From Sterolibacterium sp. (lineage in GTDB: Bacteria > Pseudomonadota > Gammaproteobacteria > Burkholderiales > Rhodocyclaceae), in contig JAGOSV010000001.1 of the NCBI GenBank assembly GCA_018062105.1, positions 18,346 to 82,345 of the forward strand: 64,000 bases of DNA. The letters are read 5' to 3'. The position numbers and the translations under genes are program-made. Below, one piece after another: positions 30,512 to 39,408 of this stretch (positions are counted from its first letter, which is position 1; each line of letters begins with the position of its first letter). The notes beneath the pieces are model-generated. The model worked only from the letters and a program-made list of their open reading frames with translations. It made no database searches and was not told where the DNA came from.

Positions 30512-31090
30512 ATGCCGCTCAATATTCCCATCCTGCTCACTTGGGCGCGTATCGTCCTGATCCCGTTGTTCGTTGGTGTGTTTTATGTGCCGCCGCACTG
30601 GCTGGCGCCTCATGAACAGGCGCTGGCCGCCACGCTGATTTTCATGGTTGCCGGCATCACCGACTGGCTCGATGGCTGGCTGGCGCGCAAGCTTGGTCAG
30701 ACCTCGGCCTTCGGCGCCTTTCTCGATCCAGTGGCCGACAAACTGATGGTGGCCGCGGCCCTGATCGTCCTCGTCCAGTTGCGCCAGGTCGATGCCGTCA
30801 TCGCCATCATCATCATTGGCCGCGAGCTGACCATCTCGGCGCTGCGCGAATGGATGGCCAAGATCGGCGCGGCAGAAAGTGTTGCCGTCTCCTTTCTCGG
30901 CAAGATCAAGACCGTTGCCCAGATGGTTGCCATTCCGGCGCTGCTCTACCGGGAGCCGCTCTTTGGCCTCGACATCCCGATGATTGGTGAAGCGCTGATC
31001 CTCATCGCCGCTGTCCTGACGCTGTGGTCGATGATGTACTACCTGAAAATGGCCTGGCCGGAAATTTCCCTGCGCAGCCGGATGCGTTGA
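30512..31090 (+). CDS. pgsA: CDP-diacylglycerol--glycerol-3-phosphate 3-phosphatidyltransferase
   Basis: TDWLDGWLARK, FGAFLDPVADKL, GRE, GKIKT; follows uvrC as in many proteobacteria. Confidence 0.96.
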   Translation: MPLNIPILLTWARIVLIPLFVGVFYVPPHWLAPHEQALAATLIFMVAGITDWLDGWLARKLGQTSAFGAFLDPVADKLMVAAALIVLVQLRQVDAVIAIIIIGRELTISALREWMAKIGAAESVAVSFLGKIKTVAQMVAIPALLYREPLFGLDIPMIGEALILIAAVLTLWSMMYYLKMAWPEISLRSRMR

Positions 31091-31364
31091 GCCAGAGCCG
31101 TCCGGCGAGGGGACATCTGGGCGAAGCAGAATACCTGATCCGGGCAGTCGACCATTTTTTACTGGGTGGACTCTGCTATTCTCGGCGGCTCTGATGCCGG
31201 TAACAGGGCACAAATCCAAACCCGAACCCGAACCTGCCTTCGGATATCTCCCGGGTCTGTAGTTACAGGATTGCTCCATGGGCAGGGTCGTTCGAGTCAC
31301 GCTTGTCGTGTCTGTGCATCAGGTACCGGTACTGTGTATTTGTGTCTTCATTTGAAAGGTCATC

Positions 31365-31934
31365 ATGTCTCACGATCATGCCGCAGCACAGCAGGACGAA
31401 CGTAGTTTCAAGAATGAATTCATGCAGATACTGCACACGATGACGATTCCGATGTTTCACGAATTTGCCTCGGATGCCCGTGGAAACGGTTTTCCGGCGG
31501 ATTCCGGTGAGGGGCTGGATGAGCAGGGCAATCCTTATGTCCGCGTCCGTTTCATCCTCGACCGTAGAGCCACGCTCGACAGCCAGCCGGAGAATGAATG
31601 CACGTTGGTGTTCAAGGGGCTGCTGGCGGAAGAAAAAATCGACATTCATGCCGCTTATGATCAACGTCCGGGCAAAGAGGCGGCTTATCACGAGACACTG
31701 GAAATCCAGATGATCAACCAGCTGGGGCTGGAGGATCAGCTGACGGATTTTCTGTCTGCGGCGATGGCCTGTCGTAAAGGCGAGGCGGTTCCGCTACGCA
31801 AGCGTGAGGAGCGTGCCCAGGCTGCAGCTGGCCAGCCGCCTGCGGCATCGGCAGCATCGGCGGCTGCCACCCTGCCGGCCGAGCCGCAACCCATCACCAT
31901 CGTCTGGAAGAATCGCGAGAAGAAAGCCGGCTGA
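31365..31934 (+). CDS. Hypothetical protein
   Basis: 189-aa ORF with GAAAGG Shine-Dalgarno and plausible globular composition; family not recognised. Confidence 0.7.
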   Translation: MSHDHAAAQQDERSFKNEFMQILHTMTIPMFHEFASDARGNGFPADSGEGLDEQGNPYVRVRFILDRRATLDSQPENECTLVFKGLLAEEKIDIHAAYDQRPGKEAAYHETLEIQMINQLGLEDQLTDFLSAAMACRKGEAVPLRKREERAQAAAGQPPAASAASAAATLPAEPQPITIVWKNREKKAG

Positions 31935-32034
31935 CGGGGGCTGGGACGCTCCAGTCTGTCATGGCCGCAACGGTCGACGACATACGATATCCACGATATC
32001 CACGTCCCGCCACACCAGGCCAGGCCACGGTCCG

Positions 32035-33429
32035 TTACTGCCACGTCCGGAGCTGTTCGATGGCCTGCTCGATACGGTCGAGGGCGATGACTTCGAGCCC
32101 CTTGATGGGCTGGCGCGGGGCGTTGGCCTTGGGGATCAGGGCCAGGGTGAAGCCCAGCTTGGCGGCTTCCTTGAGACGTTCCTGGCCACGCGGTGCCGGG
32201 CGGATTTCTCCGGCCAGACCGACTTCACCAAAGACGACCAGTTTTTGTGGTAGCGCCTTGTTTCTCAGCGAGGAGACGATGGCGAGCAGGACGGCCAGAT
32301 CGGCGGCGGGTTCGTTGATGCGCACCCCGCCGACGGCATTGACGAAGACATCCTGATCGAAGCAGCCGATGCCGGCGTGACGGTGCAGGACGGCCAGCAG
32401 CATGGCCAGACGGTTTTGTTCCAGACCGACGGACAGGCGGCGCGGCGTGCCGTGGCTGGTGTCGACCAGTGCCTGAATTTCGACCAGCAGGGGGCGGCTG
32501 CCCTCCTGGGTGACCATGACGCAGCTGCCGGCCACCTGCTGGGCATGCTGTGAGAGAAAGAGCGCCGAGGGGTTGGAGACGCCGCGCAGACCCTTGTCGG
32601 TCATGGCGAAGACACCTAGTTCATTGACGGCACCGAAGCGGTTTTTGACGGCGCGTACCAAGCGGAAGGCGGAGTGATTGTCGCCTTCGAAATACAGCAC
32701 GGTATCGACGATGTGTTCCAGCACGCGCGGCCCGGCTAGGGCGCCTTCCTTGGTAACATGGCCGACGAGAATGATGGCGGTTCCCGATTGCTTGGCGTAG
32801 CGGGTTAGATGGGCGGCGCATTCGCGCACCTGGGCGACCGAGCCCGGGGCGGATTGCAGTGCCTCGGAATAAAGGGTCTGGATCGAGTCCATGACGGCTA
32901 CGGCAGGCTGATGGGTACTCAGGGTGGCAAGGATTTTTTCCAGGCTGATTTCGGCCAGCAGGGCGAGATTGCCGGTGGTTAGTTGCAGGCGGCGGGCACG
33001 CAGGGCGACCTGCTCGCCGGATTCTTCACCGCTGACGTAGAGGATGGATGGGTGGATTTCGGCCAACTGGGTCAGGGCCTGTAGCAGCAGAGTCGATTTG
33101 CCGATGCCCGGGTCGCCACCGATCAGCACCACGCCGCCGGCGACCAGCCCGCCGCCCAGCACCCGGTCGAATTCCTCGATGCCGGTGGGGATGCGCGGAT
33201 CTTCACGCGGCTGGATAGTGGCCAGTTTTTGCAGGCGGCCATCGGCGGCCAGTGCCGAGAAGCGGTCCATGCGATTGCCGCCGGTTGCGGCTGGCTCGGC
33301 CAGGGATTCGATGAGCGTGTTCCAGGCACCACAGCCCGGGCACTGCCCTTGCCATTTGGCTGCGTTGGCACCGCAGTCCGGACAGACGTAGAGGGTTTTC
33401 GGGGCTTTGGAGGATGTGAGCTTGGCCAT
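32035..33429 (-). CDS. radA: DNA repair protein RadA/Sms
   Basis: CPDCG...CPGCG zinc finger, GGDPGIGKSTLLLQ, KNRFG, Lon-like C-terminus (GEVGLAGE). Confidence 0.97.
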   Translation of the reverse strand: MAKLTSSKAPKTLYVCPDCGANAAKWQGQCPGCGAWNTLIESLAEPAATGGNRMDRFSALAADGRLQKLATIQPREDPRIPTGIEEFDRVLGGGLVAGGVVLIGGDPGIGKSTLLLQALTQLAEIHPSILYVSGEESGEQVALRARRLQLTTGNLALLAEISLEKILATLSTHQPAVAVMDSIQTLYSEALQSAPGSVAQVRECAAHLTRYAKQSGTAIILVGHVTKEGALAGPRVLEHIVDTVLYFEGDNHSAFRLVRAVKNRFGAVNELGVFAMTDKGLRGVSNPSALFLSQHAQQVAGSCVMVTQEGSRPLLVEIQALVDTSHGTPRRLSVGLEQNRLAMLLAVLHRHAGIGCFDQDVFVNAVGGVRINEPAADLAVLLAIVSSLRNKALPQKLVVFGEVGLAGEIRPAPRGQERLKEAAKLGFTLALIPKANAPRQPIKGLEVIALDRIEQAIEQLRTWQ

Positions 33430-33438
33430 TGAGGTATG

Positions 33439-33556
33439 CTAGGGAAACGCTGAAGAAGTCCAGATTTTGTCATTCCCGCGAAGGCGGGAATCCATGGTTT
33501 CAACAACTTACTGGATTCCCGCCTTCGCGGGAATGACTTGATCAGTGTTTCCCTAG
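33439..33556. mobile_element. 118-bp MITE-like element with terminal inverted repeats and an internal 26-bp perfect inverted repeat
   Basis: Ends CTAGGGAAACGCTGA / TCAGTGTTTCCCTAG (14 of 15 match). Internal GTCATTCCCGCGAAGGCGGGAATCCA (33469-33494) has its exact reverse complement at 33512-33537. Confidence 0.8.
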
Positions 33557-33596
33557 AGATGGTAGAGGGTCGTAGGTCGCGGGCGGTCGTTATGGG

Positions 33597-34385
33597 TCAA
33601 TCTTGTTGGCGCAGCACCGGCAGGTTCAGCGGCCAGTCATTTTGCAGCGGGATGAGGGCGCGTGTCAGTAGTTTCTGGGGGGCGGGCTGACGCTGGGCAC
33701 AGATAGCCAGCAGGTGGTCGGCGGTGGCTTGCAGCAGCCAGCAGCGCCAGCGTTCGGGGTGGTCGGCCAGGCCGCTGGCGAAGGTGAGTTGCAGACGGTG
33801 TTCGTCCGGCCAGGTGTAGCTGAATTGGTCAAGCGGCAGCGACAGTCCCTTGCTGCGTGCTTTGATATAGGCTTCCTTGAGTGTCCAGTAGTGGAAGAAG
33901 CGTTCGTTCTGTGCGGCTGCCGGCAAGGCGTTCAGGTCGGCACATTCGCGCGGCGAGAAATAACGCGGGCTGACGTCCAGCGGGGCGCTGCGTTCGCGGA
34001 TGTTTTCGGTATCGATGCCCAGCTCACCTTCCTGGCATAGGCCGAGGACGATGAGGCCGGCGGTGTGGCTGAGGTTGAAGGTAAGGCGTTGGGCAAGGGG
34101 GTGAGGGTTGGTGATGCGCGGACGGCCGTGTTCGAGTTTTTCGAAGCACCACTCAGTCGGTGGGATGGCGGGGACATAGCGGGACAGCACGCTACGCACC
34201 AGGGCACGGGTCAGCAGGTACTGGTGGCGGTCTTTGTCGAAATGGAAGCGTTGCTGCTGGCGACGTTCGGCGTCGTTGAGCAGGGGGAAATAACGATTCA
34301 GCAGCGCGGGGTCGCGCAGCGCGCGGTCGGCCACCAGCCACAGGTGAATTTCGTCATCGGCCAGCGGCAGTGGCAGTGGGTTCAT
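33597..34385 (-). CDS. Sfp/HetI-type 4'-phosphopantetheinyl transferase
   Basis: HGRP, FNLSHT, LGIDTE, FFHYWTLKEAYIKARSKGL. Confidence 0.92.
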   Translation of the reverse strand: MNPLPLPLADDEIHLWLVADRALRDPALLNRYFPLLNDAERRQQQRFHFDKDRHQYLLTRALVRSVLSRYVPAIPPTEWCFEKLEHGRPRITNPHPLAQRLTFNLSHTAGLIVLGLCQEGELGIDTENIRERSAPLDVSPRYFSPRECADLNALPAAAQNERFFHYWTLKEAYIKARSKGLSLPLDQFSYTWPDEHRLQLTFASGLADHPERWRCWLLQATADHLLAICAQRQPAPQKLLTRALIPLQNDWPLNLPVLRQQD

Positions 34386-35452
34386 GTCACGGCAGGCGTT
34401 GCCGCAGACCGTTGCAGCAGACCGTGGCGGCGGGCATGGCGCAGGAGGAACATGGCCAGCAGGGTGTAGATCGGCAGGAGCAGCAGCAGGGGCAGCCATA
34501 GCCGGGTCGTGCCAAACGCCAGGGCCAACGTTCCTTGCAGGATGGCCAACAGGCTGTACGTCAGGCTGACGCGGCGGTGGCTCCAGCCGCTGCGTTGCAG
34601 CAGCTGGTAGAGGTGGCTGCGGTGGGCCTGGGTGACGTTTTCGCCGGCCAGCAGGCGGCGACAGAAGGTGAGGGCGGTGTCGAACAGGTAGTGCAGCAGC
34701 AGCAGCGGCATGAGCAGCAGGCTGGCGGGCGTGCTGGCAGGAGAATTTGCCAGCAAGAGGGCCAGGGCGGCCAAGGTGAGGCCGAGGAAGGTGCTGCCGA
34801 TGTCGCCCATGAAGATTCTGGCAGGTGGCCAGTTGAAGCACAGAAAACCGCCGGCAGTCACGGCCATCGCGCTGGCGAGCAGCGCCGGTACGGTCTGGCC
34901 GGCAAGCAGGCAGAATGCGGCAAAAAAACCGGCGACGATGACGGCCGTGCTGCCGGCCATGCCATCCAGGCCGTCCATGAAGTTGTAGGCATTGGTCATG
35001 CCGATCAGCCAGAGCAGCGACAGCGGCCAGACCAGCAGGCCGGGCAGCGGCTGGATGAGTGCGCTGGGGAGGATGATGCCACAGGCCAGCAGGATGAGGG
35101 CGGCGATGAGCTGAACCAGCAGCTTGCTGGCAAAGCCGCGCCCGGCGATGTCATCGTGCAGCGAAATCCCGCCAATCAGCAGCACGGCGGCGAGCAGGCC
35201 GAAGTAGGGCAGGCTGTACAGGACGGTGCGCTCTTCGGGATTGCCGCAGAGGAGGATCAGCAGAGCGGCCAGCAGGCTGCCGGCCACGATACCCAGGCCA
35301 CCGCCGCGTGGAGTGGGGCAGCTGTGCGAGCTGCGCTCGTTGGGCTGGTCGATGATGCGCAAGTGGCGCAGCACCAGCGCCGTGACGAGGATGGCCGTGG
35401 CAAAAACCGCCAGCAGGAAGGCTGCATATCCGGCAGGGTGGGTGAGTGACAC
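34382..35452 (-). CDS. Polyprenyl-phosphate N-acetylhexosamine-1-phosphate transferase (WecA/WbpL-like, MraY family)
   Basis: DQPNERSSH.PTPRGGG, DD, NAYNFMDGLDG, FMGDIGS, HRSHLYQ; multiple membrane segments. Confidence 0.9.
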   Translation of the reverse strand: MSLTHPAGYAAFLLAVFATAILVTALVLRHLRIIDQPNERSSHSCPTPRGGGLGIVAGSLLAALLILLCGNPEERTVLYSLPYFGLLAAVLLIGGISLHDDIAGRGFASKLLVQLIAALILLACGIILPSALIQPLPGLLVWPLSLLWLIGMTNAYNFMDGLDGMAGSTAVIVAGFFAAFCLLAGQTVPALLASAMAVTAGGFLCFNWPPARIFMGDIGSTFLGLTLAALALLLANSPASTPASLLLMPLLLLHYLFDTALTFCRRLLAGENVTQAHRSHLYQLLQRSGWSHRRVSLTYSLLAILQGTLALAFGTTRLWLPLLLLLPIYTLLAMFLLRHARRHGLLQRSAATPAVT

Positions 35453-35520
35453 GGCGATAACGGATGGTCGGCGATGGGTGGCGGTGGGTGGCGGGTCGTG
35501 GGTCGCGGATGGCTCCGGAT

Positions 35521-36621
35521 TTATTCGTGGTAGTTCATGGTCGGGTAGCCGTGATGCTTGATGAGCTCGTCGCGCTGGGCGGATTTGAGGTCTTCGCGCG
35601 CCATCTCGGCTACCAGTTCGGCAAAGGTGGTTTTGGGCGTCCAGCCGAGTTTTTGCTTGGCCTTGCTCGGGTCGCCCAGCAGGGTTTCGACTTCGGCGGG
35701 GCGGAAGTAGCGGGGATCGACGGCGACGATGGGCGTCGTTTTACCGCCGGGATGGTTGTGCCAGGTGCCTTTTTCGTCGGCACCCGAGCCTTCCCAGTGG
35801 ATGTCCATTGCCAGTTCTTTTGCAGCAGCATTGACGAAATCACGCACGCTGTACTGCACACCGGTGGCGATGACGAAATCTTCCGGTTGCGCCTGTTGCA
35901 GCATCAGCCATTGCATCTCGACGTAATCACGGGCGTGGCCCCAGTCACGTTTGGCATCCAGGTTGCCCAGATAGAGGCAATCTTGCAGTCCCAGCTTGAT
36001 GCGGGCGAGGGCGCGGGTGATCTTGCGGGTGACGAAGGTTTCGCCGCGGATTGGGCTTTCGTGGTTGAAGAGAATGCCGTTGCAGGCATACATGCCATAG
36101 GCTTCGCGGTAGTTGACGGTGATCCAGTAGGCGTAAAGTTTGGCCACGGCGTAGGGGCTGCGCGGGTAGAACGGCGTAGTTTCCTTCTGTGGCACTTCCT
36201 GCACTAGGCCATACAGCTCGGAGGTGCTGGCCTGGTAGTAGCGGGTTTTCTTTTCCAGCTTGAGGATGCGGATGGCTTCGAGGATGCGCAGGGCACCGAG
36301 GGCATCGGAGTTGGCGGTGTATTCGGGTTCTTCGAAGCTCACCGCAACATGGCTCTGGGCGGCGAGATTGTAGATTTCGTCGGGCTGGGTCTGCTGGATG
36401 ATGCGGATCAGGCTGGAGCTGTCGGTCATGTCGCCGTGGTGCAGGATCAGGCGGGGATCGGGCTCGTGCGGGTCCTGGTAGAGGTGGTCGATACGGTCGG
36501 TGTTGAACAGCGAGGTGCGGCGTTTGATGCCGTGCACCGTGTAGCCTTTGGCGAGCAGGAATTCCGCCAGATAGGCACCGTCCTGGCCGGTGATGCCGGT
36601 GATGAGTGCAATTTTGTTCAT
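35521..36621 (-). CDS. gmd: GDP-mannose 4,6-dehydratase
   Basis: [53 protein letters not shown]. Confidence 0.97.
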   Translation of the reverse strand: MNKIALITGITGQDGAYLAEFLLAKGYTVHGIKRRTSLFNTDRIDHLYQDPHEPDPRLILHHGDMTDSSSLIRIIQQTQPDEIYNLAAQSHVAVSFEEPEYTANSDALGALRILEAIRILKLEKKTRYYQASTSELYGLVQEVPQKETTPFYPRSPYAVAKLYAYWITVNYREAYGMYACNGILFNHESPIRGETFVTRKITRALARIKLGLQDCLYLGNLDAKRDWGHARDYVEMQWLMLQQAQPEDFVIATGVQYSVRDFVNAAAKELAMDIHWEGSGADEKGTWHNHPGGKTTPIVAVDPRYFRPAEVETLLGDPSKAKQKLGWTPKTTFAELVAEMAREDLKSAQRDELIKHHGYPTMNYHE

Positions 36622-36652
36622 GATAGATGCGGTCTCCCGTGAGGGTCTAGGG

Positions 36653-37624
36653 TCAGGCGGCGGCTGCACTATGGCGTTCGAGGAAGTCGGCGTAGGCATC
36701 GGCCAGCCCCTGTTCGAGCGGGACGCGGGCGCTCCAGCCGAGGTTTTTCATGCGCGAGACATCGAGCAACTTGCGTGGTGTGCCGTCGGGTTTTGAGACA
36801 TCGAAGCGCAGCTCGCCTTGAAAACCGACGGTGCAGGCGACGATTTCGGCCATCTCGCGGATGGTCTGATCCGCGCCGCAGCCGATGTTGACCAGGGGTG
36901 GGCCGTCCAATGCCAGTAATTCGGCCTGTTGTTCTGTGGAGAGCTGCATCAGGTGCAGGCAGGCAGCGGCCATGTCGTCGCTGGAGAGAAACTCGCGCAG
37001 CGGGGTGCCGGTGCCCCAGATGATGACTTCCTTGTCACCACGCACCTTGGCTTCGTGCATCTTGCGGATCAGGGCAGGCAGGACGTGGGAATTGGCCAGG
37101 TCGTAGTTGTCACCCGGGCCGTAGAGATTGGTGGGCATGCAGGCCAGGTATTTCGTGCCGTATTGCCGGTTGTAGCTCCAGCACATTTCGATGCCGGCGA
37201 TCTTGGCCAGTGCGTAGGGGCGGTTGGTAGCTTCGAGCGGGCCGGTCAGCAGGTAGTCTTCCTTGATCGGCTGCGGGCAGTTGCGCGGATAGATGCAGGA
37301 GGAGCCGAGGAACAGCAGGTGCTGGACGCCCGCCCGCCAGGCTTCGTGCAGGACATTGGTCTGGACGGCGAGGTTGCTGTGGATGAATTCGGCCGGATAG
37401 CTGTTGTTGGCGTGGATGCCACCGACCTTGGCGGCGGCAAGAAAGATGTAATCGGGACGCTCGGCTTCCATGAAGGCACGCACCGGCGCTTGTTCCATCA
37501 GGTCGAGTTCGGCGTGGCTGCGCAGCAGCAGGTTGTCATAGCCCTGGGCGTAGAGGGCGCGGACGATGGCGGAGCCGACCAGACCACGGTGACCGGCAAC
37601 ATAGATTTTGGCGTGTTTGTCCAT
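36653..37624 (-). CDS. fcl: GDP-L-fucose synthase
   Basis: [61 protein letters not shown]. Confidence 0.96.
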   Translation of the reverse strand: MDKHAKIYVAGHRGLVGSAIVRALYAQGYDNLLLRSHAELDLMEQAPVRAFMEAERPDYIFLAAAKVGGIHANNSYPAEFIHSNLAVQTNVLHEAWRAGVQHLLFLGSSCIYPRNCPQPIKEDYLLTGPLEATNRPYALAKIAGIEMCWSYNRQYGTKYLACMPTNLYGPGDNYDLANSHVLPALIRKMHEAKVRGDKEVIIWGTGTPLREFLSSDDMAAACLHLMQLSTEQQAELLALDGPPLVNIGCGADQTIREMAEIVACTVGFQGELRFDVSKPDGTPRKLLDVSRMKNLGWSARVPLEQGLADAYADFLERHSAAAA

Positions 37625-37646
37625 GATGTCGCTCTGGAAGGTAAGG

Positions 37647-38543
37647 TTATTCGGGGGTCGTGACCGTTGCGGCCTGACGGCTGGCAAGCCAAGTGTCGCG
37701 TGTGGTTCTCGCTCTGTCGAAGAGCGCTTCGAGCGCCGGGCCGTCGGCACTGGCCAGCAGCACCCGCACCCGCATCAGCTCGGCCTGGTAAGCATCGAGT
37801 TCATGGATCAGGGCGCGGCGGTTGGCCAGGCAGATGTCCCGCCACATTTCCGGGTGGCTGCTGGCAATGCGGGTGAAGTCGCGAAAGCCGCCAGCGGCAA
37901 AATCGAACAGTTGTGCAGCGTTGTCACGCTGGGCGAATTCATGCACCAGGGCATAGGCCAGCAGGTGCGGTAGATGGCTGACGGCGGCAAAAATGGCGTC
38001 ATGCGCCTCAGCGGTCAGGGTGCTGACGGTTGCGCCGCAGGCGGTCCAGGCATCCGTCACCCGGGCGATGGAGACGGCCGGGTTTTCAGGCAGAGGTGTC
38101 AGGATGACGCGGCGGTCGCGATAGAGATCGGCTTGGGCGGCCGCGGCACCGCTTTTTTCTGCGCCGGCAATCGGGTGGCCGGGGATGAACTGGTCGATTT
38201 TTGTGCCCAGCACGGCGCGCGCAGCGGCAATCACGTCCTGCTTGGTGCTGCCGGCATCGGTGACGACGGTTTGCGGCTCCAGATGCGGGGCGAGTTGCGT
38301 CAGGACAGCAGCGGTGTGGCTGACCGGCATGGCCAGCAGCACCAGATCGGCTTGCCGCAGGGCATCGGCCCAGTCGGTGGCGGTGCGGTCGATGAGCCCC
38401 AGGGTCTGTGCTGTTGCCAGCGCGGCGGCGGTGCGGCCAATGCCGACGAATTCATGGGCAACGCCGGCCTGCCGCAGGGCCCGGGCAAAGGAGCCACCGA
38501 TCAGACCAACACCGCAGATGACGACTTTGCCGAGGGTAGACAT
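37647..38543 (-). CDS. tyrA: Prephenate/arogenate dehydrogenase
   Basis: [28 protein letters not shown]...[15 protein letters not shown]. Confidence 0.95.
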   Translation of the reverse strand: MSTLGKVVICGVGLIGGSFARALRQAGVAHEFVGIGRTAAALATAQTLGLIDRTATDWADALRQADLVLLAMPVSHTAAVLTQLAPHLEPQTVVTDAGSTKQDVIAAARAVLGTKIDQFIPGHPIAGAEKSGAAAAQADLYRDRRVILTPLPENPAVSIARVTDAWTACGATVSTLTAEAHDAIFAAVSHLPHLLAYALVHEFAQRDNAAQLFDFAAGGFRDFTRIASSHPEMWRDICLANRRALIHELDAYQAELMRVRVLLASADGPALEALFDRARTTRDTWLASRQAATVTTPE

Positions 38544-38553
38544 GGAGACAAAA

Positions 38554-39372
38554 TCAGGGCGTGGGCAGGGCAGCTACTGGAGCGCTCTGGCTGAGGCTGT
38601 TCAGCAGTGTTTGCAGGGGTGCCTTGGAGGCATGGATGAAGCCGCGCCGGGGTTGTTCCAGATCGATGGTGACGGTAAAGACCATGGCGACCATGGCGGC
38701 GTAGATCATGATGCGTAGCCAGGTGGCAAAGCGTTTGCCGGCTGGGCAGCCACCGGCACGTCCCATGTTGAAGGTGGTGAAGACACCAAAGATGACCAGT
38801 ACCATGACAATGCTGCCAGGCACCTGATTGCGGTTGCCGTAATAGCGGTTGTCATGCGCCTGGGTCAGGCCGTTATAGCCGTTCATCAGTGGGGTGTGCA
38901 AGGTGGGCGTATCTTTTTCGCGGATAGCCTGCTGGACGAGCAGGCGCAGGCGTTCCTGGCTGTGCAGGGTGAGGGCGGATTCCTGTGGCATGGCCGGATC
39001 GTCGGTACGCATGTCGCTGGTCTTGAGACGTTGCTGGACGTAAAAAACCAGTTCCTGACGCAGTGGATCGCTGATGTTGGGTTCGAACATCGAGGCGGTG
39101 GTGGCAAAGTCACCGATGGCAATGGCTTCGGTCAGCAGCAGGGATTTGCGAGTTTCGTAACGGCTGGCAGCACCGGAAAAGCAGAAGGCCAGCAGCAGGC
39201 CGAACAGCGCCAGGGCGGCATCCTCGATGCGTGAGGAGTCTTCACGGTGACCGTGGTCAATGAAACGCAGGACGGTCAGTCCCAGTCCCCAGCCGAGGAA
39301 CATCAGGAAGAAAAACACCAGGCCGGAGAGCCAGGAATCGAGTTGCAGGAACAGGTCCATCAAGGTATCCAT
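38554..39372 (-). CDS. Membrane protein, DUF4239 / bestrophin-like
   Basis: ALFGLLLAFCFS...RYETRK...EAIAIG and IDLEQPRRGFI; about four hydrophobic segments. Confidence 0.75.
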   Translation of the reverse strand: MDTLMDLFLQLDSWLSGLVFFFLMFLGWGLGLTVLRFIDHGHREDSSRIEDAALALFGLLLAFCFSGAASRYETRKSLLLTEAIAIGDFATTASMFEPNISDPLRQELVFYVQQRLKTSDMRTDDPAMPQESALTLHSQERLRLLVQQAIREKDTPTLHTPLMNGYNGLTQAHDNRYYGNRNQVPGSIVMVLVIFGVFTTFNMGRAGGCPAGKRFATWLRIMIYAAMVAMVFTVTIDLEQPRRGFIHASKAPLQTLLNSLSQSAPVAALPTP

Positions 39373-39408
39373 GAGAGGTCAGATCAATGAAATGAATGGC
39401 TTATGGCT

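Noticed and set aside
33469-33537. Palindromic 26-mers as a CRISPR array
   Set aside because: Only two copies, inverted rather than direct, with a 17-bp gap and no cas genes.
34386-34841. Apparent 414-aa PPTase with an extra N-terminal domain
   Set aside because: The extension overlaps the WecA-like gene in another frame; the ATGA junction marks the real start at 34385.
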